64,000 nucleotides of DNA from assembly GCA_963740085.1 (NCBI GenBank), contig CAVUCU010000005.1, forward strand, positions 192,001 to 256,000, given 5' to 3'. The notes under the pieces were generated by a model, which was not told where the DNA came from, did no database searches, and saw nothing but the letters and a program-made list of their open reading frames with translations. Shown in pieces: positions 1 to 9,504 of this stretch; within the stretch, counting starts at the first letter, position 1, and each line of letters begins with the position of its first letter. Made by a program: the position numbers and the translations under genes. The DNA is from Nitrospirota bacterium. GTDB lineage: Bacteria; Nitrospirota; UBA9217.

Positions 1-134
1 TCGCGCTTGATGCGATCGAGCTCTTTTTTTTGAACTACTCTGTCAGCGCTAAATACTGAAGAGCTGCCCACGAGGAGCGCGAGCAGAAAAACAAACATCA
101 ACACGAAAATGCGGGCACCCTTCATCCTTTGCAT
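1..134 (-). CDS. 5' part of secreted coiled-coil protein, probably EnvC-like murein hydrolase activator (runs off window)
   Basis: Manual translation MQRMKGARIFVLMFVFLLALLVGSSSVFSADRVVQKKELDRIKR: signal peptide then coiled-coil start, directly downstream of ftsX. Confidence 0.6.
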   Translation of the reverse strand, partial: MQRMKGARIFVLMFVFLLALLVGSSSVFSADRVVQKKELDRIKR

Positions 135-137
135 TCA

Positions 138-1025
138 CTACTCCAGGAACTTGCTGACCGAGACCAGCCCACCGGCCAACCCAAGCAAGCCGCCGCCGCC
201 AATGATATATGCTACCACCGAAAGCGGCAGAAAGTCCAGCCCATTCGGCCGCGACAGGAAGAGGAAAACCTCCCGGGGCATCGCATAATAAACGCCCGCA
301 AGAACACCCACGGCGAGTGCCGAGCCCAGCATGGCGAGCATCATACCTTCGATGAGGAACGGCCCCTGGATGAAACCCCTGGTCGCTCCTATCCATTGCA
401 TCAGTTCGATCTCCTGACCACGAGAGTACAGCGCCAACCGTACCGAATTGGATATAATAAACACCACGGTCACCCCGAGCAGAACGGCCAACGCCATCCC
501 ACCATAGGCGATTGCCTTGTAAAAGCCCGCCAGCACCCTGGCGCCTTCTTTCCCATAGGTGACGTCTTCCACGCCCCGATATTCGGAAAACTTCCCAGCC
601 ATGGCCTCGAGTTGCTCCGCCTCGCCATACCCGCGGTCAATGGTTATCTCATAGGAATCAGGTAGCGGGTTCTCCACCAAACCCTGGATCAGGGCTTCCT
701 GGCCCTTCAAATCTTTTTTGAACAACTGGAGCGCCTCGGCCCTGGACAGATAGCGGACCTTCTTCACGCCCGGCTCAATCTTGATCCGGTGCTGAATAAA
801 ATCCTTTTCGTGCTCCGTCAGCCCATCCTTCAGGTATACGGACATCTCGAGACGGTCCCCCAGGGTATTCACCGCGGTCTGGAGATTCAGGAATACAATC
901 AGGAAAAACCCCACGATCATCATGGCCATGCTTATCGTTCCCACGGCGAGGAGATTCACGAGGCTGTTAGCGCGGAGTCCGCGGAAAGCCTCAGCGATAA
1001 AATAGAACAGGCCGTATCCTTTCAC
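138..1025 (-). CDS. ftsX: Cell division permease FtsX
   Basis: N-terminal TM helix, periplasmic domain with NPLPDSY, C-terminal EIELMQWIGAT..FIQGPF motif; overlaps ftsE stop. Confidence 0.93.
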   Translation of the reverse strand: MKGYGLFYFIAEAFRGLRANSLVNLLAVGTISMAMMIVGFFLIVFLNLQTAVNTLGDRLEMSVYLKDGLTEHEKDFIQHRIKIEPGVKKVRYLSRAEALQLFKKDLKGQEALIQGLVENPLPDSYEITIDRGYGEAEQLEAMAGKFSEYRGVEDVTYGKEGARVLAGFYKAIAYGGMALAVLLGVTVVFIISNSVRLALYSRGQEIELMQWIGATRGFIQGPFLIEGMMLAMLGSALAVGVLAGVYYAMPREVFLFLSRPNGLDFLPLSVVAYIIGGGGLLGLAGGLVSVSKFLE

Positions 1026-1717
1026 GGTTCCCTCTTGAGGGTCGGCGCATTCGGGGACTGACTTCCGCTGTCAATGACCTTCCCGCCCTCCATGGTTATG
1101 ATCCTGCGTTGCATCTTCCGTACCGTTTCCCAGTCGTGTGTGGCCACCAGAACGGTCGTGCCTTTCATATTGATGTCCCGGAACAGGCGGAACACCTCCT
1201 GGGCGCTTTGGGGATCCAGGTTGCCTGTGGGCTCGTCGGCAAGCAGCACCTGGGGTTCGTTCACGAGCGCGCGGGCCACGGCGACCTTCTGTTGCTCCCC
1301 GCCCGAGAGCTTCGGCGGCGTCAAGTGACGCTTGTTTTCCATCCCGACCTTCTTGAGCACCTGGTACACACGCTGCTCGATCTCGCCGGCAGGTGTACCG
1401 ACCACTTTGAGCGCAAGGGCGATATTTTCCGAAATAGTCTTGTGCGGGAGGAGTTTGTAGTCCTGAAACACGAAACCGATATTACGCCTGAGGTAGGGAA
1501 TCGTCGAGGATTTTAACCGGAAGGTATTTATGCCCTGCATCACGATCCGCCCCTCGTCCGCATGCTCGGCACAGAAGAGGATCTTCAGCAGGGTGGACTT
1601 GCCGGCGCCGCTCGGACCGGTGACGAAAACAAACTCGCCCTTGTCAACCGTGAAGCTCACCTCGCGGAGAGCGGGCACTCCCTCAAAATATTTTGTCACC
1701 CTATAAAGCCGGATCAT
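1022..1717 (-). CDS. ftsE: Cell division ATP-binding protein FtsE
   Basis: Walker A GPSGAGKST, IPYLRRNIGFVFQDYKLL, LSGGEQQ, LLADEPTGNLD. Confidence 0.94.
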   Translation of the reverse strand: MIRLYRVTKYFEGVPALREVSFTVDKGEFVFVTGPSGAGKSTLLKILFCAEHADEGRIVMQGINTFRLKSSTIPYLRRNIGFVFQDYKLLPHKTISENIALALKVVGTPAGEIEQRVYQVLKKVGMENKRHLTPPKLSGGEQQKVAVARALVNEPQVLLADEPTGNLDPQSAQEVFRLFRDINMKGTTVLVATHDWETVRKMQRRIITMEGGKVIDSGSQSPNAPTLKREP

Positions 1718-1722
1718 GTATT

Positions 1723-1766
1723 AAATCTCAAATCACAAGCTCCAAATCCCCGATAAACTTCAAATC
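1723..1766. repeat. 7-nt-period degenerate tandem repeat (AAATCTC AAATCAC AAGCTCC AAATCCC)
   Basis: Read directly; fills the transketolase-ftsE junction. Confidence 0.7.
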
Positions 1767-1773
1767 GTGATGA

Positions 1774-2727
1774 TCAGCGCTTCTTTTTTTTTATGACTTC
1801 TTTGACCGCGGTTACGATGTCACCCGCGGACAGGCCGTAATGTTTCAGCAGCCCTTCCTGATCACCGGACGTGCCGAAGGTGTCCTTGACGCCGATGCGC
1901 AGCATCGGAACCGGTGCAGATTCGCAAAGCACCTCTGCCACGGCTCCGCCCAGGCCGCCGATGATCGAGTGTTCTTCAGCGGTCACGATCGCGCCGCTCT
2001 GCTTCGCGGCCGCCACTACGGCGCCGGTATCGATCGGCTTGATCGTAGACATGTTGATAACGCCGGCATCAATCCCTTCGGCCTTCAACAAGTCACGCGC
2101 CTTGATCGCCTCGGCGACCATGATGCCCGTCGCGATTATGGCGGCGTCCCTGCCCTCATTGAATACGTGGGCCTTCCCGATCTTGAACCTATACTCCTCG
2201 CCAAAGAGTGTCGGCACCTTGTTCCGTCCCACACGCACATAGCACGGGCCCTTGTGCTCCGCCACGGCCTCGATGGCCTGCAGGGTCTCGGGACCGTCAG
2301 CTGGAACGATCACGGTCATATGCGGGAGCACGCGCATCACGGCAATATCCTCGACAGACTGATGCGACCCGCCATCCTCGCCCACCGTAATGCCCGCGTG
2401 GCTCGCCACGATCTTCACGTTCATGTTCGGATAGCAAATGGACTGCCTCACCTGCTCCCAGGCCCTACCCGTCGCGAACACCGCAAAGGTGCTTGCGAAC
2501 GGCAGCTTACCGGCAATGGCGAAGCCGGCCGCCGTGCCCATCATGTCCTGCTCGGCTATGCCGATATTGAAGAACCGATCCGGGAACACCTTGGCAAATT
2601 TGGAAGTCTTCGTCGAACCCGACAGGTCCGCGTCGAGAACCACCACATTATCCCGCTTTTTCCCGAGGGCCACCAGCGCGTCCCCGTATGCATCGCGTGT
2701 CGCTATCTTCGTCACGATTCCTCCCAC
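1774..2727 (-). CDS. Transketolase, C-terminal (pyrimidine-binding) subunit
   Basis: ATRDAYG, DADLSGST, GIAEQDM, GEDGGSHQ, EEHSIIGGLG motifs. Confidence 0.93.
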   Translation of the reverse strand: MGGIVTKIATRDAYGDALVALGKKRDNVVVLDADLSGSTKTSKFAKVFPDRFFNIGIAEQDMMGTAAGFAIAGKLPFASTFAVFATGRAWEQVRQSICYPNMNVKIVASHAGITVGEDGGSHQSVEDIAVMRVLPHMTVIVPADGPETLQAIEAVAEHKGPCYVRVGRNKVPTLFGEEYRFKIGKAHVFNEGRDAAIIATGIMVAEAIKARDLLKAEGIDAGVINMSTIKPIDTGAVVAAAKQSGAIVTAEEHSIIGGLGGAVAEVLCESAPVPMLRIGVKDTFGTSGDQEGLLKHYGLSAGDIVTAVKEVIKKKKR

Positions 2728-2735
2728 TGTTACCG

Positions 2736-2785
2736 CAAATTCGAAATTTGAATTTTTTTAGCTTTTTTCGATATTCGAGTTCATT
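2736..2785. repeat. 7-nt-period degenerate repeat (AAATTCG AAATTTG AATTT...TTCGATA TTCGAGT)
   Basis: Between the two transketolase subunit genes. Confidence 0.55.
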
Positions 2786-2790
2786 CCCTG

Positions 2791-3633
2791 CTATTTACAC
2801 ACCGTCTCTTCCGACAACTCCTTCATCGCGATCGCAAGCTCTTCCTTCGTCGGCGTGGTTCCGTGGAACTCCACCTTGCCTTCAAACTGCTTCGAGCCCT
2901 TGCCCTTGACCGTTCGGCAAACGATCATGGTCGGCTTGCCTTTTACTGTTTCAGCCTCGTCGAGCGCGGAGGTGATGGCAGCCAGGTCGTGACCATCAAT
3001 ATCAAGCACTTCCCAACCAAAGGCACGCCATTTATCCGTGATCGGCTCCACGCCCATCACCCTCGCAACCGGCCCGTCGATCTGAAGCCCGTTGTTGTCC
3101 ACGAGCGCGCAAAGGTTATCGAGCTTGTAGTGCGCCGCGGTCATGGCAGCTTCCCAGATCTGGCCCTCCTGCAGTTCGCCGTCGCCGAGCAGGGCGTAGA
3201 CCCGGTTCGGCGTCTTGTCGAGCTTGTGCGCGAGCGCGATGCCGTTGGCCACGGACAGGCCCTGACCCAGCGAACCCGTGGATATCTCGACTCCCGGCAC
3301 ATACTTGCTGTCCGGATGGCCCTGAAGGCGCGATCCGAGCTTCCGGAGCGTGCAAAGCTCAGCATGCTCGATGAACCCCGCATGCGCGAGCACCGTGTAC
3401 AAAAGCGGCGCTGCATGGCCCTTCGAGAGGATGAAATGGTCCCGTCCCTTCCAGTCTGGCTTCTTCGCATCATACTTCAGCTTATAGAAGTAGAGCGCCG
3501 TCGCGATATCAGCCGCGGAGAGACTGCCGCCGGTATGCCCCGATCCGCACTCGGTCAGCATCTTCAGGATGTCGATTCGGACCCTTCTGGACTTGTCCGT
3601 CAATGCTTTCAACTGCTCTTTTGATGCCGCCAT
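2791..3633 (-). CDS. Transketolase, N-terminal (ThDP-binding) subunit
   Basis: GSGHTGGSLS, ILSKGHAAP, LQGHP, STGSLGQG, GDGELQEG motifs. Confidence 0.94.
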   Translation of the reverse strand: MAASKEQLKALTDKSRRVRIDILKMLTECGSGHTGGSLSAADIATALYFYKLKYDAKKPDWKGRDHFILSKGHAAPLLYTVLAHAGFIEHAELCTLRKLGSRLQGHPDSKYVPGVEISTGSLGQGLSVANGIALAHKLDKTPNRVYALLGDGELQEGQIWEAAMTAAHYKLDNLCALVDNNGLQIDGPVARVMGVEPITDKWRAFGWEVLDIDGHDLAAITSALDEAETVKGKPTMIVCRTVKGKGSKQFEGKVEFHGTTPTKEELAIAMKELSEETVCK

Positions 3634-3763
3634 GCACCTATCCTCCTGGGTGGATCATAGTATGGTAATGAGCAACAAAGAATTAGAATCTGTTTAAAAA
3701 TGGTAGGCGTCGCACCGTTTTCCGCACGCATCAGCCCCGCATACGGCCGCGGCAATCGATGTT

Positions 3764-4228
3764 TCAAAACGGTTTCTTCTGTTCCTTGTCCCGCTGTTCT
3801 TGGGAGAGAAAGTCCAGGATAATATCATCAAGGCACTTTTCTTTCGCATCCCCCCTCGACGGGGGCTGGGGCGGTGATGACGGTTGTCCCTCCGCCGGTG
3901 CCGGATTCGGGGTCGGCACGGCTGGTGCGGACACGGACGCCGCTGACGGCGTGTACGTGGATTCGTGCGGCGCATTATTCAGGTCCAGCTTTCCATGCAT
4001 CAGGTCGCGGATCATCTGCTTATGCTGCTCCATCATCAACTCGCGCACGACTTCATCAAGACAGTCAGCCTTGAGAATATCGGCGTAGCTGGTCTTGCGC
4101 GAAGCGAGGATCGCACCCCGCAGATAGAGAAGAGAAGTTACAAAAGGACTGTTGACCCCGCCGTCCTCGGTCTGGCAATGGTAGACCTTCCCCTGAAATT
4201 TGAAGTCGGTATTGTAGCCGGTGAGCAT
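3764..4228 (-). CDS. Conserved hypothetical protein (GYNTD...YHCQTEDGG N-domain, Pro-rich linker)
   Basis: Coding-like ORF with its own TTGCAA-17-TATAAT promoter. Confidence 0.7.
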   Translation of the reverse strand: MLTGYNTDFKFQGKVYHCQTEDGGVNSPFVTSLLYLRGAILASRKTSYADILKADCLDEVVRELMMEQHKQMIRDLMHGKLDLNNAPHESTYTPSAASVSAPAVPTPNPAPAEGQPSSPPQPPSRGDAKEKCLDDIILDFLSQEQRDKEQKKPF

Positions 4229-4236
4229 AGGCGGGT

Positions 4237-4265
4237 ATTATACAAAGCCGGGCAGGAAGTTGCAA
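4237..4265 (-). promoter_or_regulatory. sigma70 promoter, near-leaderless, for 3764..4228
   Basis: TTGCAA-N17-TATAAT, 8 nt before ATG, no SD. Confidence 0.6.
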
Positions 4266-4275
4266 GCCTTTTTGC

Positions 4276-4304
4276 TTGACAGTAAAAGCGGGTTAGTGTA
4301 ACTT
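4276..4304 (+). promoter_or_regulatory. sigma70 promoter of tRNA-Leu
   Basis: TTGACA-N17-TAACTT, 9 nt before tRNA 5' end. Confidence 0.7.
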
Positions 4305-4313
4305 TCATCGCGT

Positions 4314-4400
4314 GCCGGTGTGGTGAAATTGGTAGACGCAGAGGACTCAAAATCCTCCGGGGGCAACTCCATGTCGGTTCGATTCCGACCACCGGCACCA
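4314..4400 (+). tRNA. tRNA-Leu(CAA)
   Basis: GCCGGTG/CACCGGC acceptor stem, GAGGA-CT-CAA-AA-TCCTC anticodon arm, long variable arm, GGTTCGATTCC T-arm, encoded CCA. Confidence 0.97.
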
Positions 4401-4445
4401 TTCAAATCAATCTGTTAGAGCTATCCTCATTTCGTTATCATCCCC

Positions 4446-4722
4446 TTAAAAACCCGTATTCCCCGTAACTGTGCCCAAATTGTGCCGAAGCTGTGCCCGT
4501 GTGCCTTCACCTTGGAGCAGCGCGACCAACTTCTCCGATGCCATCTTGAGATCAGCCTTATTCACGATGTTGTAGCGATCGAAAACGGCTCTCGTTTTGT
4601 GTCCAAACACAGTTGATGCAGAATCCCGGTTGTATCCCGCATCAACCATGAGTAAAGAGCGAAGTACCATCGATCCTTTCGCGATGAGTTCGGGAACGAG
4701 ATTGCGCGGAGCGGCTCGGCGA
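4446..4722 (-). pseudogene. Tyrosine integrase C-terminal relic next to tRNA
   Basis: RRAAPRNLV...FGHKTRAVFDRYNIVNKADL resembles phage-integrase box II (RR.A.RN...SGHKT..VFDRYNIV); no N-terminal part. Confidence 0.75.
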
Positions 4723-4725
4723 TTC

Positions 4726-5052
4726 TTACGGTTTATGATGACAGAGGGAACAGCTCTTCTGATCCTTCACATCGAAGGCTATCTCACCATTATGGCACCT
4801 ACCGCAGAAGGCTCCCTTAGTCATTTTCGTCATGTCCATTTTGTACGCTGCTCCTTTTTCCATTTGGAATGTATGATAATGGCAACCGCTGCACTTAAGC
4901 CCCTTTACTTCATGTTTTTTATGGCTAAATGCAACTGGGAACGCGTTTTTAGGCGAAAAGATGAGATCCCCGCCACCCACTTCCTGTGCGATAGAGCCGA
5001 GCGGAATAACGATGCCAATTATAACCACCATTATTGCAAGCAACCTTTTCAT
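4726..5052 (-). CDS. Periplasmic triheme cytochrome c (c7-type)
   Basis: Signal peptide; FSHKKH plus three CxxCH (CSGCH, CGRCH, CSLCH); GGAGG RBS. Confidence 0.9.
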   Translation of the reverse strand: MKRLLAIMVVIIGIVIPLGSIAQEVGGGDLIFSPKNAFPVAFSHKKHEVKGLKCSGCHYHTFQMEKGAAYKMDMTKMTKGAFCGRCHNGEIAFDVKDQKSCSLCHHKP

Positions 5053-5122
5053 ATTTTTTGTCCTCCCATTAGCTCGATCTCAGCGATAAGGTGATGCAGT
5101 TAAAACGGGATCTATTGCAACG

Positions 5123-5151
5123 AATGTATCCCCGATTTAGAGCGATGTCAA
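5123..5151 (-). promoter_or_regulatory. sigma70 promoter for cytochrome c7 gene
   Basis: TTGACA-N17-TACATT on minus strand. Confidence 0.6.
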
Positions 5152-5898
5152 CTAAGATAAGCGGACATTCTATGGATAACGCTATCAATTCCAGAATGTA
5201 TTCTGTATTTCTTTTCAGTTTAGAGCATGTGTTTGGGGAACCATCCCGAGCTCGAATTATTTTATTTCCTCCATTTCTTTTTGTTTTAAATCCCTGCGAT
5301 AAATTCAAGATGCACTTTTTAGCGTCAGACTAATTCAGAAATCGTTAAGTACAGGAAGGAATCTTGAACTGAATAAGTTTATCACAAGTACATTTATCAT
5401 TCAGTATTTATTTGGCAGTCGCGATAGCTCGATTATATGCCAAATCCTGCAAAATTACCAGCCGCTCTTACCGTGAAAAGGAATGATCTGGGTCACGACG
5501 CAATGGGTGATAGGGGGGCAAGCCTTCCTTTGCAAGATCTTCCTTCAGAATCTACATTGTTCCTAAATTACACGCGTGAGGATACAAAAGGGGTCTTTTC
5601 TGCGCTTCTTTGTGGAAGAAAACGATCTTCACCGTGATATTCGCACATCGGCTGTTTTCTCAACGCAGAAAGATAAAAAGCTCCTTGACTTTGAATATCG
5701 CATATCAGTATACTTGACATATATAAAAGCATGCAATTTATCAACTGTTCCAGGAGGCGCTCATTCTTTCTGAAGTACACGCGCTTTAAAGAGCCGGCGA
5801 TTGCATTATAATGACACTCATTGATAATGTTGCTTCGGCATTACATGTTCCTTTCTTGATCCGATCCTCTTGTTTCAGCTCTAAGGGGCGAATTGATA

Positions 5899-6612
5899 AT
5901 GCAGGACAAGAGACAGTATAAGAGATACAATTTAGATTTAATAGAAATAAACGGCAAGATGAGCCTGACCGACAAAGTCGAACTTCTCGATATTAGTCTC
6001 GGGGGAGTAGCCCTGAAAGCAGACCGGAGACTTAATATCGGCCAAGAGTATATGATCAAGCTGCAGGAAAAAGGGAAAACTCTCGATGTGAAGGGCATTG
6101 TGGTTCGTTCAGAGTTAAGCGGAATCGAAGACAGAGGCCACGGCGAAAGAGTCTCCATATACACGGCAGGGTTGGTATTTAAAGACGGCTACGCGGATAA
6201 GATGGCCGAATTTCTCAAACCGATCGAGCAAAAGAGAAAGAAAGAATCGCCGGTCGTGATTGATGATCGGCGGCTCAATGTCAGGTTTAATATCACCACT
6301 CCCCGGGAGAAGATTCTGAGCTACCCTGTTCAGTTTAAGGTGAGGACGATCAGTCAGGGTGGAATGCTCATCCAAACCCATCAGTCCGTTGAGATCAACA
6401 GTACTATCCCCATGGAGCTGTCCCTGTATACCGACAAAGCCGTTACGTTTACCGGAAGAGTTGCGTCATGCGATAAGATGGACAACGCTGACCTAGCATT
6501 CTATAATATCGGCGTGCAATTCACCAATCTAACGGACAAGGACAAGGAACTGCTCAAGACATTCATAGATTATCTGGCGGAACTGGAAGCCAAAGACGCG
6601 GCCAAAAAATAA
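5899..6612 (+). CDS. Tandem PilZ-domain protein (c-di-GMP receptor)
   Basis: Two RxxxR ... D/TxSxGG units (DKRQYKR/LDISLGG; DRRLNVR/TISQGG). Confidence 0.85.
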   Translation: MQDKRQYKRYNLDLIEINGKMSLTDKVELLDISLGGVALKADRRLNIGQEYMIKLQEKGKTLDVKGIVVRSELSGIEDRGHGERVSIYTAGLVFKDGYADKMAEFLKPIEQKRKKESPVVIDDRRLNVRFNITTPREKILSYPVQFKVRTISQGGMLIQTHQSVEINSTIPMELSLYTDKAVTFTGRVASCDKMDNADLAFYNIGVQFTNLTDKDKELLKTFIDYLAELEAKDAAKK

Positions 6613-6737
6613 GCAGCCCGTTATTCGCAATCACCGTTGAATCAGATTTCCTTCTTCAGTCCTCGTCTGTTTTATGTACCCGTCCGCATCCTCATTACCG
6701 AAATTACCGAATCCCCATGAATCTCTTTTTTAACCGA

Positions 6738-7274
6738 CTACAGTTTTTCCATCTCTGATCCAAAAAATCCGAAGGCTTCCTTGTCAGCTATGCAAAACTC
6801 GATAACTTCAAGTGAAGATGTCGGCGCTCCTTTCAAGAACGCAGCAGTTTCACCAACCAGTATCTTCGCACACCGGTCCTTGGGAAAACCGAATATCCCC
6901 GCGCTGATGGCGGGTATTGAGATACTCCTGAGCTCTTTCTCCGTGGCAAGTGCAAGCACACTGTTGATCGCCTTCTTTAACTTGTTGTCCTCGTCCCCCT
7001 CACCCATCCTCGGCCCGACCGCGTGAATGACGTACCGCGCTTTCAATTTTCCACCCGTAGTGATCGCAGCACCGCCGACCGGCACATAGCCGATCTTGTC
7101 GCTCTCGTCCTGAATGACCTGTCCGCCTTTTCTCACGATCGCGCCCGCGACACCGCCGCCATGTTGCAGCCGGCTGTTCGCCGCGTTCACGATCGCATCA
7201 ACGTCGCGCTCGGTGAGATCTGCTGACACCAGCCGGATGGTCGTCTTATTGATCTTTCTCTCGATAGTCTCCAT
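6738..7274 (-). CDS. Macro domain protein (ADP-ribose binding/hydrolase, YmdB-like)
   Basis: DAIVNAANSRLQHGGGVAGAI, VIHAVGP, SIPAISAGIFGFP. Confidence 0.92.
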   Translation of the reverse strand: METIERKINKTTIRLVSADLTERDVDAIVNAANSRLQHGGGVAGAIVRKGGQVIQDESDKIGYVPVGGAAITTGGKLKARYVIHAVGPRMGEGDEDNKLKKAINSVLALATEKELRSISIPAISAGIFGFPKDRCAKILVGETAAFLKGAPTSSLEVIEFCIADKEAFGFFGSEMEKL

Positions 7275-7312
7275 TAAAGACCTCCTCACTCGAACCAGCC
7301 GATACTGTTATT

Positions 7313-7340
7313 ACCACAGAGGTCACGAAGACCTCAAAGA
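7313..7340. repeat. 9-nt-period repeat arm (ACCACAGAG GTCACGAAG ACCTCAAAG)
   Basis: Same pattern as elements at 35809 and 47961; overlaps EndoQ stop. Confidence 0.55.
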
Positions 7341-8587
7341 AATTTTTTCCTTTCCCGATCCCCGAATATTCTTACCTTCCCGAACTCGCCATCAAACCCG
7401 GGAGAGATATGAACGTTCCCCGCGCGCATGCGTGCCACAGCCTCCCGGATGAGCGGCGAACCTGCGCGCTCGATATCATCGAGCGGAGAGTCCAGGAGTA
7501 TCTTGAACTCATTGCCCAGCCGTTCGAGCAATGGCAGATACAGGGCGTTCACTTTTTTGGTATTTACCCCGCATTCCAGACCCTCGGCAATGATCTCCGG
7601 AAGGGGGATGATGGAGGCAAAGGAAGGCGCATCCGCAAGCTTGAAACCTTCCTTCCGGTCGGCAAGTTTCTCCACCCGGTGCATCACGCCGACGGTCACT
7701 TTCCTGCCGCATTCCGGGCAGAGGTAATTATGATCTATCGTTTCTTTCGGCGTCTGGCTGACGCCGCAATCCCGGTGGCCGTCGTAGTGATACTTCCCCT
7801 GCTCGGGAAAGAACTCGATGGTCCCGAGAAATCCTTTTCTCGTTTTAATAGCCTTCATCATTGCTGCATACGTGATGTCCGTGTCGAGGATGTTCGCCTC
7901 GCGCCCGATCTTTGCCGCGGAGTGGGCATCTGAGTTTGAGACGAGCGTGATCGTATCGAGAGCGGAAATCCTCCAGTTCATGGACGGATCTGATGACAGC
8001 CCTGTCTCAACGGCGTGGATATGCGGCGTAAGCTCCTCATAACACTCGTCCAGCGAATCAAAGCCCGAGGCAGCGCCGAGTACGGAGAAGTGCGGAGTCC
8101 AAACATGTGCCGGGATGAGCAGGGCGTCAGGCGAGATGTCGAGGGTGATCTGGAGCAGCTTCTTTGCATCGAGTCCGAGGATCGGCCTGCCGTCGGATTT
8201 GAGGTTGCCGATCTTTGACAGGACAAGATTCAATCGCCCGGCAGCCGCGAAGTCCGGCATGAGGATGACGGAATGGACCTTCCGCGTCTTTCCGTTCTTG
8301 CGGTAAATGGTGCTGACCTCGGCGGAGAGGATGAACGAGACATCCGCCTTACACGCTCCGGGAACGTCATCGGTCATGTACTTTTTCCTGAGCGTGAACA
8401 AACCGTTGCCCGCTGGATCGAGCTTCTTCTTCAGCTCTTTGATCCATTGGGGATGGGTAAAGTCTCCGGTCCCGATGACAGTGATGCCCTTAAGCTGAGC
8501 CCATTTCCAAATGCCTTCCGGGCACATGTCCGGGCTCGTGGCGCGTGAATAGTGGGAATGAACGTGGAGGTCGGCTATAAATCGCAC
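7334..8587 (-). CDS. Endonuclease Q family (PHP domain + Zn finger), stand-alone
   Basis: ADLHVHSHYSRATS, GTGDFTHP, SDGRPILG, PAHVWTP, ETGLSSD, SNSDAHS, GKYHYDGHR.C, CPECG, PGFDGEFG. Confidence 0.9.
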   Translation of the reverse strand: MRFIADLHVHSHYSRATSPDMCPEGIWKWAQLKGITVIGTGDFTHPQWIKELKKKLDPAGNGLFTLRKKYMTDDVPGACKADVSFILSAEVSTIYRKNGKTRKVHSVILMPDFAAAGRLNLVLSKIGNLKSDGRPILGLDAKKLLQITLDISPDALLIPAHVWTPHFSVLGAASGFDSLDECYEELTPHIHAVETGLSSDPSMNWRISALDTITLVSNSDAHSAAKIGREANILDTDITYAAMMKAIKTRKGFLGTIEFFPEQGKYHYDGHRDCGVSQTPKETIDHNYLCPECGRKVTVGVMHRVEKLADRKEGFKLADAPSFASIIPLPEIIAEGLECGVNTKKVNALYLPLLERLGNEFKILLDSPLDDIERAGSPLIREAVARMRAGNVHISPGFDGEFGKVRIFGDRERKKFL

Positions 8588-8721
8588 GGCAGATTATAGC
8601 ATTATCCCAAGCGTTGAGAAACAGAATTTTCAGGTTGGAAATCGGGGGGACTTCTCGTTTTTTTGTTGGCCTCACGTGCAGCAACCGGATCCTGTTGCTG
8701 CAGAACCCGTATTAAAATGAG

Positions 8722-8750
8722 TTGACGATTTGCATCATGGGTCGTACAAT
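8722..8750 (+). promoter_or_regulatory. sigma70 promoter for DUF6504 gene
   Basis: TTGACG-N17-TACAAT. Confidence 0.6.
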
Positions 8751-8774
8751 TGAGCAACGGAAATCAAATAGAAT

Positions 8775-9113
8775 GTGACCATGCATGAACAATTAATCAG
8801 TGAACCCCTCACCCCTGTGGTCACCACAAGCGACACGTCGCGCATGGCAACCGGGGAACCCGGTCTCCCGCGCGAGTTCCTTTGGCGGGGCCGAACAATC
8901 CGGATCACGGCCGTACTGCGCACCTGGCGCGAAACCGGGAAATGTCACCACGGAAGTCCCGAGTTGTATGTTCGCAAACACTGGTATGAGGTAGAAACCG
9001 AAACCGACGGCACGATGAAGATCTATTTCGACCGGCAGGCGCGCAAAGGACGCAAAGATGCCCGGTGGTGGCTGTTCACCATTAATAGCCTGGAAGGAAT
9101 GAACCGGGGCTAA
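8775..9113 (+). CDS. DUF6504-like protein
   Basis: GEPGLPREFLWRG...VLRTW...KHWYEVET...KIYFDR...WWL pattern. Confidence 0.7.
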   Translation: MTMHEQLISEPLTPVVTTSDTSRMATGEPGLPREFLWRGRTIRITAVLRTWRETGKCHHGSPELYVRKHWYEVETETDGTMKIYFDRQARKGRKDARWWLFTINSLEGMNRG

Positions 9114-9182
9114 ACTCAGCATTTGATCTCTCGTTTCGACTTTTGTATAAAAACGATAACAGACCATCTCTCAGGCTGAAAC

Positions 9183-9413
9183 ATGACTGATAAAAAAACC
9201 AAAGATCCCCTTCACGGCATCACTCTTGAAATGATACTTACCCAACTGGTGGAACAGTATGGCTGGGATGAAATGGGGAAGGCCGTCAAGATCAAATGCT
9301 TTACCAATGATCCGAGCATCAAATCCAGCCTGCAGTTTCTGAGGAGAACTCCCTGGGCGAGAAACAAGGTTGAAGCTCTCTATGTGAGGGATAAAAGGGG
9401 GAGCGCGAAATAA
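9183..9413 (+). CDS. VF530 family small DNA-binding protein
   Basis: [19 protein letters not shown]...[26 protein letters not shown] signature. Confidence 0.9.
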   Translation: MTDKKTKDPLHGITLEMILTQLVEQYGWDEMGKAVKIKCFTNDPSIKSSLQFLRRTPWARNKVEALYVRDKRGSAK

Positions 9414-9504
9414 CTGTGGGTACGTTGTTTCTATCCATGCTTTTCTGCCGCCCTGTCGTTTCATGTAATCATCGACATCCAGCAATCTGCGGGAAAAACA
9501 TTCC

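Noticed and set aside
5069-5780. Short ORFs in the AT-rich region
   Set aside because: Overlap promoter elements, atypical composition, no recognisable domains
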